59,681 bases of DNA from an uncultured Thermoplasmata archaeon (GTDB lineage: Archaea > Thermoplasmatota > Thermoplasmata > Halarchaeoplasmatales > Halarchaeoplasmataceae), in contig CAZHUM010000004.1 in assembly GCA_964535805.1 (NCBI GenBank), positions 1 to 59,681 on the forward strand. The letters run 5' to 3'. The notes beneath the pieces are model-generated. The model did no database searches. It saw nothing but the letters and a program-made list of their open reading frames with translations, and was not told where the DNA came from. This document shows positions 28,348 to 37,863 of the stretch, piece by piece; positions within the stretch are counted from its first letter, which is position 1, and each line of letters starts with the position of its first letter. Both the position numbers and the translations under genes were made by a program.

Positions 28348-29685
28348 TTATATTTTGCTTAAATTTACCGCTTTTATGATCTTATCTTTTTCTTTATTTT
28401 TCATAGATCTTATGTGATTCAGCAGATTTTTTTTCAATCTGATCGTATCATCGTTATAATCTGATGGAATCTTTGATTCTTCCTTTGTGTCTTTAAGTGA
28501 ATAACAAATGGCTTCATTTTCACATTCATCCATTATCACCTTGATCTTATTATCTTGTATGGAATACAATATCCTTCCTTCCCTCCTAGCCTCGCTTATG
28601 GTTGGTTTATCGAATTTCCCCGCACAAGTTTTTACCTTACCAGAATCGATTACGCACTTAGTAAATTCTATCAAATCTTTGTTGCTGAAAACCGTATCTA
28701 TCTTACCCCTTTCTTTACCATTCCATACGATCAAAGGAACATGAAGAACAGAATTGTAAATATCTCTATGACTCAACAGATCCCAATCTCCCAAGTTTTC
28801 ACCATGATCTGACGTGATAATAACTATGCTGTTATCCAATATATTATTCTTTTCTAAAAACTCGAAAAATCCTTTTAAAATGTCATCTACTTCTCTTATA
28901 CCACACTTATACATCCGCTTTATTTTCTTTATATCATTATCTGATAAACCGCTTTCGGACACATGTATATTATGATGTTTTACATGCCTAAGCCATTGGC
29001 GTTCCCAATTGGGAATCCTTTTTTCCCCGATCTTATCGAATAGATCCATGGAAAGATTGTACGGACTGTGCACTTCCATCATGTGTGCCCATAAGAACAA
29101 CGGTTTTTCTTTATCTTGTTTTGACATGAATTTTTTTATCCTACCAAACAACGATCTTGAGGACTCGTATCCAGAATAGAAAAATAACCCCATCAATCTT
29201 CCAAAGAACCTTTTACCGAATTTTAGGTTGACGTCCATGTGCTTATTTATGAACGTTAAAAATTTCTTTTTCATCGGGGTTTTATCGGTTTCCGATTTTA
29301 TTTCTCCTTCATCTGAATCACCACTCTTCTCTAATCCATCGTAAAAATAATCGAATCCTCTATCATATCCTTGAAGTCTTGTTAGATTTGCGTTGTTACT
29401 GAATCCCGCGGTGAAATATCCTAAGTCACGGAATCGGTTTGATATGAATTCTGCATGTCCTGGTATGTTGTATTTAGATCCACTGGTCTGTATATCCTCG
29501 TTTGGATACATATTTGTGAACAAGCATCTAAACGTTTGAGTTGTCGAAGGGGCTGGAGATATCGCCCTACTAAAGATGACGCTCTTCTCCATCATGGAAG
29601 TAAGAAATGGATGAGTATTTTTTTGGCCATAAGCATAGTCTGCCCGTAGGGCATCTACTGTTATTAGTATAATATTTGGTTTCAT
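28348..29685 (-). CDS. Sulfatase-domain (alkaline-phosphatase superfamily) protein, soluble, lacking the canonical C/S-x-P-x-R signature
   Basis: IILITVDALRADY metal site, SPAPSTTQTFRCLFT where SPxCxPSR is expected, and ITSDHGENLGD. Confidence 0.75.
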   Translation of the reverse strand: MKPNIILITVDALRADYAYGQKNTHPFLTSMMEKSVIFSRAISPAPSTTQTFRCLFTNMYPNEDIQTSGSKYNIPGHAEFISNRFRDLGYFTAGFSNNANLTRLQGYDRGFDYFYDGLEKSGDSDEGEIKSETDKTPMKKKFLTFINKHMDVNLKFGKRFFGRLMGLFFYSGYESSRSLFGRIKKFMSKQDKEKPLFLWAHMMEVHSPYNLSMDLFDKIGEKRIPNWERQWLRHVKHHNIHVSESGLSDNDIKKIKRMYKCGIREVDDILKGFFEFLEKNNILDNSIVIITSDHGENLGDWDLLSHRDIYNSVLHVPLIVWNGKERGKIDTVFSNKDLIEFTKCVIDSGKVKTCAGKFDKPTISEARREGRILYSIQDNKIKVIMDECENEAICYSLKDTKEESKIPSDYNDDTIRLKKNLLNHIRSMKNKEKDKIIKAVNLSKI

Positions 29686-29687
29686 GT

Positions 29688-30716
29688 TTACATTTTGTCA
29701 ATTTTTTTCCATCTATTTTTGATACTTTTTCTCAATCGGTTCCTTTTCTTTCTCTTTTCCCATTCTTTCTGAGTATCATAATTTAATAGGGATTTGAATT
29801 CGTCCAATGTTTTATAGAAACCTGTTTTCATTAAATTCGTGCTATAATCATTTTCCTTATATTCAAATTCATACCCAAGGAAGTCCATTTCTCTTGCAGT
29901 AATCTTTTCGATTATCTTTATCTGCTTTTCAGTTAAACCATCCAAATATTTCTTCATGTTGTTTTGCATTATATCTTTTGATAGATTTTTCCATGCATTG
30001 GTAGTTCCAGCTTCTTTCCGATCTTTTCCCTTTATCATCTCTGGCTCAAATTTTTCTCCTAAGAATTTACATATTTTTTTGAAAGTTTTTTCTGGTTCAC
30101 CTAATATTTCTTCATACTTAACGAGGAATATTTTTTCGTTAAATACTTCCTCTGTGAATACCCTGATACATCTCTTTTGTTCCTCCATCCAAACTAATGA
30201 AAAATTGTAGGCAGTATTTGGACCGCCTGCCCTCCTTAAATTCGATAAACATACATCCCTTGGATCCCTTACTAAATAGATGAATTTGCATTTTGGAAAG
30301 TAGTTATTCAAAGGCCATGCATATTCTACTAGATCATTGTCTTTACAGAACCATCTTTTTTTCCCCTTCTTTTCCGCGTATTTATCATGGATATAACCAA
30401 ATAAATGGATCACTGATCTTTTAGATTTTGGTATCTCATTTTTTATTGTTTCACAATCGAAATCGATGTCCCACTTATAGATGTTGACTTCCACGGATTT
30501 TATTATATCATCAACGAGTGTGTTGAAATTTTTATCTTTTTGTAGGTTTCCATAGTACGGTTCAAAATTATAAAACCAAGCCATGGTATGTACAGGAACC
30601 GGTCCAAGGATATTACTATGGTTATCCAGGCGTGTCCTTAAAAGATTTGTTCCTGATCTTTCTGATCCCATCAAAAATATAGGTCCGTTATTCATTTTTT
30701 CTCCTTGTCTCACCAA
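29688..30716 (-). CDS. Sulfotransferase family protein
   Basis: FLMGSERSGTNLLRTRL and YLVRDPRDVCLSNL. Confidence 0.85.
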   Translation of the reverse strand: MVRQGEKMNNGPIFLMGSERSGTNLLRTRLDNHSNILGPVPVHTMAWFYNFEPYYGNLQKDKNFNTLVDDIIKSVEVNIYKWDIDFDCETIKNEIPKSKRSVIHLFGYIHDKYAEKKGKKRWFCKDNDLVEYAWPLNNYFPKCKFIYLVRDPRDVCLSNLRRAGGPNTAYNFSLVWMEEQKRCIRVFTEEVFNEKIFLVKYEEILGEPEKTFKKICKFLGEKFEPEMIKGKDRKEAGTTNAWKNLSKDIMQNNMKKYLDGLTEKQIKIIEKITAREMDFLGYEFEYKENDYSTNLMKTGFYKTLDEFKSLLNYDTQKEWEKRKKRNRLRKSIKNRWKKIDKM

Positions 30717-31543
30717 TCATTATTTTTCTCGTACCCTAACTCTATAAGCCAATTTCCTATGCTTTTTTTAAATTCGTTTTTAAGTTCGGAATCGAGATGG
30801 TTTTTCCAATCACCGATTTTGCCTTTCCTGAAAGTAGAACTTCTCGGTGAATAGGTTTTATTTGATATTTTTACTATATCCTCTTCACTCAATTCTACAT
30901 TTATATGTTTTCCTATATCTGATATTACTTTTTTTTGTAATTCTTTGCTTCCTCCACCTTTAGGTCCTATTAGTTCTTCAAATTTAACCGTGTAATTAAT
31001 TGATTCATTAGTCCAAGGTATAAACATTTCCAACCATTTCTTTACTCCTTCAAATGGTTTCCCATCCTTAGTGTATTTTCCAGAAAAACCATTCAAAGAA
31101 GCTAAAATTTTTTCATTCTTATTATCTAATTTCTCATAATGGGGTCTCAACCGATGGTCCGGATGTTTTTCTGTAACCCAATGCATATGAGATATAGTAA
31201 CATCTCTAGGGTCTCTAATCATCAATATCGCTCTTATATTGTTACCCATTAGCATATTTTTATTCACATCATTATATGGTATATGACCTGAGGAATATTG
31301 ACCTTTCTTTGTTTTAGTGACCGTGTTAAAGACTTCCTTATATCCTATATGTCTATAATTCTTAATAGCGGAATGCCGATGTGATGGTCTTAACATGGGG
31401 AATTGGTGTAAACAAGTCAATAAAAGATTCGTACCTGATTTAGGAATTGAATTTGCTATTACTTTTGGTCCAGATTTTCTAGCAAATAATCTTTGTGGTG
31501 TCAATTTGCGGCACTTTTCCTTTAAATTTTTTCTAATTTCCAT
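30710..31543 (-). CDS. Sulfotransferase family protein
   Basis: ANSIPKSGTNLLLTCL and LMIRDPRDVTISHMHW. 7-nt overlap with the next gene. Confidence 0.85.
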   Translation of the reverse strand: MEIRKNLKEKCRKLTPQRLFARKSGPKVIANSIPKSGTNLLLTCLHQFPMLRPSHRHSAIKNYRHIGYKEVFNTVTKTKKGQYSSGHIPYNDVNKNMLMGNNIRAILMIRDPRDVTISHMHWVTEKHPDHRLRPHYEKLDNKNEKILASLNGFSGKYTKDGKPFEGVKKWLEMFIPWTNESINYTVKFEELIGPKGGGSKELQKKVISDIGKHINVELSEEDIVKISNKTYSPRSSTFRKGKIGDWKNHLDSELKNEFKKSIGNWLIELGYEKNNDW

Positions 31544-31583
31544 GTTTGAGTTACCTATAGCGATCTATACATTATTTTATCGT

Positions 31584-32402
31584 TCATACAAACCTTTCAA
31601 ATTTTGTGCCTCTTATTTCGTCCAATATTTCTTCTTTAATTTCCTCATCCAACTGCCATTTCCATTTTTCTTTAACCTTTTTATCTTTATATACGGAATA
31701 CGGATCAACGTGATGTTTTGATTGGGATTCAATCAAAAAATCTTCCGTTTGTTTTGTATAATCCAAACCTAGAAACCTAAATAATTCTTTTGTTTTTTGT
31801 ATTTTGTTAGAAACCAGATCTTCGTATTTTATAATCATAAATCGTTCTTCATATTTCTCTTCTAATTTCATAAACATATCCGTTACTTCTTTCCAAGCTT
31901 CAAATCCCCAGTATTCCTCTGGATGACCTTTATTTCTACATTCTCCATCTCTCCACTCTTCTTTCGGTTCTGCTCTCTCGGGAAATTCATTTGGATGCGA
32001 TAACCATGAATTAATCACCCCGCAGGGATGCCTAACGATGCCAACTGTTTTCAATTCTTCAAAATATTCCATTATCTTCAATATCAGATGATGGTATCGT
32101 ACCATCTTGATAGTTAAGAATGACGGCATATCTTTCTTTTTATCGAAAACCGGGTACAGCCCTTTTTCCTTTCTTTCACTTTGGCATAAAAAGTCGTCGT
32201 CACTGTTATATACCTTTGTAAAAAAGTGATTAAATTCTTCTTTACTTGAGTCCATATCTACAGCATCTTTAAACGCATAAGAAAATATAGGCTGGTATCT
32301 GTATCTAACATCAGGTGAACTATCGATTATTTGTCCTAACCAACTTGTTCCAGAACGCGGCACGCCAACGATGAATATTATATTTGAAAACATCATTTTC
32401 AC
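31584..32402 (-). CDS. Sulfotransferase family protein
   Basis: FIVGVPRSGTSWLGQII and GIVRHPCGVINSWL. GTG start shares 1 nt with the upstream stop (alternative ATG at 32396). Confidence 0.85.
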   Translation of the reverse strand: MKMMFSNIIFIVGVPRSGTSWLGQIIDSSPDVRYRYQPIFSYAFKDAVDMDSSKEEFNHFFTKVYNSDDDFLCQSERKEKGLYPVFDKKKDMPSFLTIKMVRYHHLILKIMEYFEELKTVGIVRHPCGVINSWLSHPNEFPERAEPKEEWRDGECRNKGHPEEYWGFEAWKEVTDMFMKLEEKYEERFMIIKYEDLVSNKIQKTKELFRFLGLDYTKQTEDFLIESQSKHHVDPYSVYKDKKVKEKWKWQLDEEIKEEILDEIRGTKFERFV

Positions 32403-33478
32403 TATCTAGATCTATATTGTGGGAAGAAATCTTTTTTAACAGTTTTTCCATTTTCTTTAGCGGTCGCTATCAATTTATTATACATTACATCATCATGTAT
32501 CAATTTTCCCATGTAGAATTCTCCACGAGTTGGTGAAAAACTCTTCTTAAATTTATATACACCTGGTCTACCCCCTTGGAAATCGAAGATATCCATACCT
32601 TGTTCTTTGCAGAACAATATCACATTGTAAAATAATAGATTGTTTATTCTCATGTCCCAATACTTTGGCATGGTGGCACTTAAAAAGTGATGTCCAACGT
32701 TGTTATCGTGAACTATAATAAAACCACCTACAACATCACCTTCGTATGTAGATATTAACAATTTTGATATGTCTTTGTTTTCTATTAATAATTCTTTAAA
32801 AAGGTCATAAGAAAATCGATAATGCTCTCCTGCATTTTTCGCTTCCATCGCGTCACTGTATATAAAAGACCAATCCTTTATTTCATCTTCGTCTTCAGTG
32901 TGCTCAATTTTTAGTTTTGTATCTTTTGCTTGTCTTACCGCTCTTCTACATCTACTTTGAAGATTTTCCCATATCTTATCTTCAGATTGGCTTAGATCAA
33001 CAAAAACGGTGTTCCGGTCATATTCTGGATTTAATCTATCAAATAACTTGTAATTCTTTAAAAGTGGATCAAATCTAACAAATTCAGATATTATATTTGA
33101 CTTATTTCTAAATGATTTGAATTCTTTATTGAATGATTTTATAAGACTGTCTTCTCCTTTGATATTAGTATTTGATGGTATAGGACCTCCATAGTACCAG
33201 GACGATACTATGTCAAAACATTTTTCGTATCCATCATTTTCATGGATAAAATCTAATTCCGTTATCGGTCTTTTATAATAAGAATAATAAACAAAATCCT
33301 TTCCATCCTCATATATCAGTAATTCTGGCCGACCGTTGAAATGATCCGCCATAAAGTGCATGTACTGAGGATTATGGTATACTCCTTTATCTTCAAGTCG
33401 ATCATAATAATCAAACCAATCATCTAATTCGTCTTCTGATAAAATTTTAAATTCGCCACACATCATTACACCTATCAA
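32402..33478 (-). CDS. FemAB-like / GNAT-fold (Acetyltransf_6-like) acyl- or aminoacyl-transferase
   Basis: C-terminal FDFQGGRPGVYKFKKSFSP pattern typical of FemAB/BioF2-like GNATs; 358 aa. Confidence 0.55.
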   Translation of the reverse strand: MIGVMMCGEFKILSEDELDDWFDYYDRLEDKGVYHNPQYMHFMADHFNGRPELLIYEDGKDFVYYSYYKRPITELDFIHENDGYEKCFDIVSSWYYGGPIPSNTNIKGEDSLIKSFNKEFKSFRNKSNIISEFVRFDPLLKNYKLFDRLNPEYDRNTVFVDLSQSEDKIWENLQSRCRRAVRQAKDTKLKIEHTEDEDEIKDWSFIYSDAMEAKNAGEHYRFSYDLFKELLIENKDISKLLISTYEGDVVGGFIIVHDNNVGHHFLSATMPKYWDMRINNLLFYNVILFCKEQGMDIFDFQGGRPGVYKFKKSFSPTRGEFYMGKLIHDDVMYNKLIATAKENGKTVKKDFFPQYRSR

Positions 33479-34470
33479 ACATAGTCAAAGCTGCTGTTCC
33501 TGTATCTCTTATCAGTCCAATCGTAGTCTTCGCTCTCAAATCTATCGATGATATCTCTTATACCTTCCTCTACCGTCCAGTCAACTTCCCACCCGATTAT
33601 ATTCTTGATTTTATGACAATTTATTGAATAATCTCTTCGATCCGTATCTTTATCTCTTAGATACTCGATCTCAGTATCTGGCAGTACCTTTTTTACAGTT
33701 TCTGCGATCTCACCCACAGTTCTGTTATTTTTCTTATCCCCGACGTGGAAGGTCTCATTATCCCTCATAAATCTTGGTGATTCTAACACATCTACGAAGG
33801 CTTTTGCCACGTCTTTTACGTGTACCAGTGACCTGTACTGGGATCCGTCACCGTATATCGTGATCTTTCCATCTTTCCAAGCTTTGTAGGAAAATAAGTT
33901 AGTCACTAAATCTAATCTCGGTCTTTTAGACCAACCGAACACAGTTGAAAGCCGAAGTATCGTCGGATGGAAGTGTGGGACTTCTTTACCTCTATCTAAT
34001 ATTATGTTCTCTGATCTCAATTTTGCATTGGCATACGCGGATAATGGATGTGTAGGTGTCCCCTCTTTAACCTCTGAATACATACCGTGGACATTGCCGT
34101 AAACGGAACATGATGATGAATAGATAAAGTCTCTCGTAAGATCCAGTGCTGGATCGGTACAGCAGTTGATCAATGTTCTAGTGCTCTCAACGTTTATAGA
34201 AAAGTGAGCTTTTGGGTTCTTTAAACAAGCTGCCTCACCAACAATACCTGCAAGGTGCAGTACTGCTTCGGCATCTTCGAGAGCATATATAACATCCTTA
34301 GAATTCCTGCAATCCCCCTCTACTACCGTAATATCATCTGAGAAGGGTTCTATTGCATCTTTTCCCCAGAAAAATGCATCGAATACGATCGGGTGATGCC
34401 CGTGTTTTATTAGTTCTTCAACTACGTTAGATCCTATATATCCTGCTCCTCCAGTAACTAATACATTCAT
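33475..34470 (-). CDS. NAD-dependent nucleotide-sugar epimerase/dehydratase (extended SDR)
   Basis: VLVTGGAGYIGS Rossmann motif and catalytic YANAK. Confidence 0.9.
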   Translation of the reverse strand: MNVLVTGGAGYIGSNVVEELIKHGHHPIVFDAFFWGKDAIEPFSDDITVVEGDCRNSKDVIYALEDAEAVLHLAGIVGEAACLKNPKAHFSINVESTRTLINCCTDPALDLTRDFIYSSSCSVYGNVHGMYSEVKEGTPTHPLSAYANAKLRSENIILDRGKEVPHFHPTILRLSTVFGWSKRPRLDLVTNLFSYKAWKDGKITIYGDGSQYRSLVHVKDVAKAFVDVLESPRFMRDNETFHVGDKKNNRTVGEIAETVKKVLPDTEIEYLRDKDTDRRDYSINCHKIKNIIGWEVDWTVEEGIRDIIDRFESEDYDWTDKRYRNSSFDYV

Positions 34471-34479
34471 TTTATCACT

Positions 34480-35679
34480 CTAGATTTCATGTAGTACTTC
34501 AACAACCTTATCCAATTCTCCTTTTTTAAGTTTTGGATGATTTGGTAAACCCAGCATTTTACCGGCGATCTCTTCCGTATTAGGATATTCGAACTGAGAA
34601 TAATCTATCTCTTTTCCATAGTAAGGACAGGAAAACGGACATCTATTTGGGTATGCATTCTGTTCCAACAACATCTTTTGCTGGTTCATAGGTGAAACAT
34701 ATCTATGCCTTGTTTCCACACCCAAATCGATCAGTTTTGACCTTAATTCCTTTGTCTCCATATCTAATTTTTCTTCATCTACTTGTATGGGACACCAGAA
34801 GAATGCTGGCTTGACATAAGGTTCGATCTCCGGTATTATTATCCAGTCGATATCGTCTATCCTATCATAGATATAATAAGAATTATCCTTTCTTTTTTTG
34901 TTGAATTCATCCAATTTTCTCAATTGAACGAGACCTATAGCTGCTTCAAATTCATTCATCCTGTAATTATACCCGAGTAGTTCGTGTGTATCTCTGTCCG
35001 ACATACCATGACTCCTTATCTTTCTGGATAGGTCCGCTATTTTTTTGTCATCTGTCAAAATTATCCCCCCCTCACCAGTAGTCATGTTTTTTGTCGCGAA
35101 AAACGAAAAGCAGGAACTATCACCTATGCTGCCAACTTTTTTACCTCTGTACTCAGCCCCGTGAGCTTGAGCACAATCTTCGATAACGATGAGATCATTC
35201 TCCTTCGCTATATCCATTATCTTATCCATTTCGGCAGGATTCCCATAAAGATGAACGGGTATGATGGCTTTTGTTTTATCGGTAATACGATCTTCAATGT
35301 CCGCCGGACTTATATTGTACGATTTTTTATCGATATCCGCGAATATCGGAATGGCATTTTGATGTATCACTGCAGTTGCAGTGGAGAAAAATGTAAGAGC
35401 AGGTACTATCACTTCGTCTCCTGGACCTATTCCATAAGCAGCCAATGCTATATGTATTGCAGCTGTACCTGAATTCGTAGCAACTGCATATTCAGTTCCA
35501 CAATAATCTGAAAATCTCTTTTCAAACTCTTTTACCTTAGGGCCACTGACGTAATACCCAGAGTATAGAACCTCTTCTAGTGCTTTCAATTCTTCTTCAT
35601 CCACCGAAGGCTCTGCAACATTGATCTTATCCATAATATCATCCATATATCTTATATTTAAAAATCTTTGGTTATCCAT
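34480..35679 (-). CDS. DegT/DnrJ/EryC1/StrS-family sugar aminotransferase
   Basis: NSGTAAIHIAL, IIEDCAQAHGA and FSFFATKNMTTGEGG (PLP-Lys). Confidence 0.9.
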   Translation of the reverse strand: MDNQRFLNIRYMDDIMDKINVAEPSVDEEELKALEEVLYSGYYVSGPKVKEFEKRFSDYCGTEYAVATNSGTAAIHIALAAYGIGPGDEVIVPALTFFSTATAVIHQNAIPIFADIDKKSYNISPADIEDRITDKTKAIIPVHLYGNPAEMDKIMDIAKENDLIVIEDCAQAHGAEYRGKKVGSIGDSSCFSFFATKNMTTGEGGIILTDDKKIADLSRKIRSHGMSDRDTHELLGYNYRMNEFEAAIGLVQLRKLDEFNKKRKDNSYYIYDRIDDIDWIIIPEIEPYVKPAFFWCPIQVDEEKLDMETKELRSKLIDLGVETRHRYVSPMNQQKMLLEQNAYPNRCPFSCPYYGKEIDYSQFEYPNTEEIAGKMLGLPNHPKLKKGELDKVVEVLHEI

Positions 35680-36811
35680 CTGTTATTTCTTTTAATCTCT
35701 TTACAAAAACTTCATTGTAAATATCTCTATTAAATATTTTATCCATCTTCTCATTACTTACATAAGTTTCTTTGGGATCATAATACGCTTCTTTCAACTT
35801 ATTAGAGATCTCAGCTGGATCATCTTCATCTGCCAAGTATCCTAATTTGAACTTACCTGCATAGAAGTTTACTTTATATCCCTTCTTTGTCAGAAATAAA
35901 ATGTCCGATCTCGAAACTATGTAATCCCAAAACTTTGAATGGATCATCTTTTTATTAGATTTTCCTGAACCTGTGATATACATCAATAGGTCAGAACCTT
36001 TCATTATCGATATTATCTCGTTGGTTTCCACGTATCCGTTTATATCAATATATTCAGATAATCCAAGTTCCTTAATTAATTTTAAATTCTTTTCGTCCAT
36101 CCCCTTTTGATAGAACAATATTTGAATATCTTCGGGGGTTAATTTTGTACGTACAACGAATCTCTTGAATCCTCTTAGAAAATTACTCGGTTCGATCCAT
36201 CCATTGTAGAAACGTCCAGCGTAGGTTATAGTATATTTTTCGAATTCTTTGGGGCTTATATCTTTAAACTTCTCTAGGTCATATCCTTGATATGACGTTA
36301 ACTTGACTTTATCTCCCATACCATAATTTATCTCGAAGTATTCATCGCTACACTGGCTGCCTTTACCTTTCAAGATAAGGTCAGAATTTATAACTGTCGG
36401 CCCCTCTATCAATCTATTTAATTTTCTAGTCGCAGGGTACTTCATCGAAAAATAAGGTTCCTCGCACATCGCATCACGGAACTCTGCTACCCAATATATA
36501 TCAGATCCAAACTTCTTTAAAATCAAGCCTGGGATGTGCAGATATGACGGTGAATTCATGGTACATACTATATTTTTATCATCACCATTAAAAAATTCTT
36601 TGATCCACATCGATACAATGAAGGATTTGATAAAAACGTACAACATCTTGAATAGGTCATTATCGCTATCCGGCTCATTCAAAACAAATGTTTTTACATT
36701 CCAACCCTCCTTCTTAATTGCTCTAAATCTAGACCTCATCTTTTCGTTTCGACCACTTTTGTTTTCGATGTCGCTTTTTAAGACCATGGCTACTTTTACC
36801 ATTTGTACCAC
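35672..36811 (-). CDS. Hypothetical protein, possibly a divergent GT-B-fold glycosyltransferase
   Basis: Two-lobed alpha/beta-like pattern (ITYAGRFYNGW...LKLIKELGLSEYIDINGYV...) within the glycan operon. No EX7E motif seen. Confidence 0.4.
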   Translation of the reverse strand: MVQMVKVAMVLKSDIENKSGRNEKMRSRFRAIKKEGWNVKTFVLNEPDSDNDLFKMLYVFIKSFIVSMWIKEFFNGDDKNIVCTMNSPSYLHIPGLILKKFGSDIYWVAEFRDAMCEEPYFSMKYPATRKLNRLIEGPTVINSDLILKGKGSQCSDEYFEINYGMGDKVKLTSYQGYDLEKFKDISPKEFEKYTITYAGRFYNGWIEPSNFLRGFKRFVVRTKLTPEDIQILFYQKGMDEKNLKLIKELGLSEYIDINGYVETNEIISIMKGSDLLMYITGSGKSNKKMIHSKFWDYIVSRSDILFLTKKGYKVNFYAGKFKLGYLADEDDPAEISNKLKEAYYDPKETYVSNEKMDKIFNRDIYNEVFVKRLKEITDG

Positions 36812-36820
36812 TAATGATGT

Positions 36821-37780
36821 TCATCTACAAATTGCAGATGTTATATAACCTATACTCCATGCTAAGTTGATAAGATTCAATACGACCCAGGCTTTTATTG
36901 TGATGATAAAACCAGCCTCATCAATATTGTTATGCATCAATTTACCGAGATATATCAGAGTTAAGATCAACCCCAGTATCAGTATAATAAAGAGATAAGA
37001 AAAGATGAAGGGTACAAATAAAAAAATCAATATCAGTATCCCAACAAGCGGATAGAACCGACTCCACTCCTTCCACCCCTTCCTGCCTTTATGTTCCTTC
37101 AACAACCAGTACTCCCTTTTGCCGATGTTGTATTCCCTCCTCATCACGGATCTCAACGTCTGAGGATCTTTATGATATGCCACTGCATCTTCGTTCAATA
37201 TCACTTTCCACCCCGCGTCTGACATCTTCCACGAGATATCCTTATCGGCACTCACCTTGGCATCCGCCAGACCGCCTACGTCCTCCAGAGCCTCACGGCG
37301 GTAGGCAGAACAACCTCCCTGTATCCAGTCGGCTTCTCTCTCTTCGTTTTTCCTCAGCTTGTAGAATATCTCGTTAAGCACACCGTAGGCATCGGTTACC
37401 CATCCTTCGCCCACGGATTTGAGTATCCCTCCTACAGCCCCTACTTCTTTATCGTCAAAAGTTCTGACGATCTCCATCATAAAATCGGGCTCTAGAATCT
37501 CATCAGCGTCAACCACAAGGACGATCTCTCCAGAGCTCTTCTTTACACCGCCTTTCCTGGCTTTTTTTATGCCAACATGGGGTGTTTTATACATCTTTAT
37601 ATCCATGTATTTAGAATAGCTTTTCACAACATGAGATGAATCATCCGTCGAACCGTCGTCCACCGCTATGATCTCGAAATTGGTGTATGTCTGGTCCTTT
37701 ATAGAATCTAAACATTCTTCAAGGTTGTCTTCCTCGTTGTAGAAGTTCAATATTATCGAGACCGGTGAGTTCTTTTCCAA
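36821..37780 (-). CDS. Glycosyltransferase family 2 with a C-terminal membrane anchor
   Basis: VSIILNFYNEE, AVDDGSTDDS and VVDADE (DxD), plus C-terminal hydrophobic helices. Confidence 0.85.
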   Translation of the reverse strand: MEKNSPVSIILNFYNEEDNLEECLDSIKDQTYTNFEIIAVDDGSTDDSSHVVKSYSKYMDIKMYKTPHVGIKKARKGGVKKSSGEIVLVVDADEILEPDFMMEIVRTFDDKEVGAVGGILKSVGEGWVTDAYGVLNEIFYKLRKNEEREADWIQGGCSAYRREALEDVGGLADAKVSADKDISWKMSDAGWKVILNEDAVAYHKDPQTLRSVMRREYNIGKREYWLLKEHKGRKGWKEWSRFYPLVGILILIFLFVPFIFSYLFIILILGLILTLIYLGKLMHNNIDEAGFIITIKAWVVLNLINLAWSIGYITSAICR

Positions 37781-37863
37781 CTTCTTACACCTGACACCAC
37801 AAATATCTCATGGTATTATAAAATTATTCATGCCCCCAAACTATATTATAAAGTTCAATTTAT

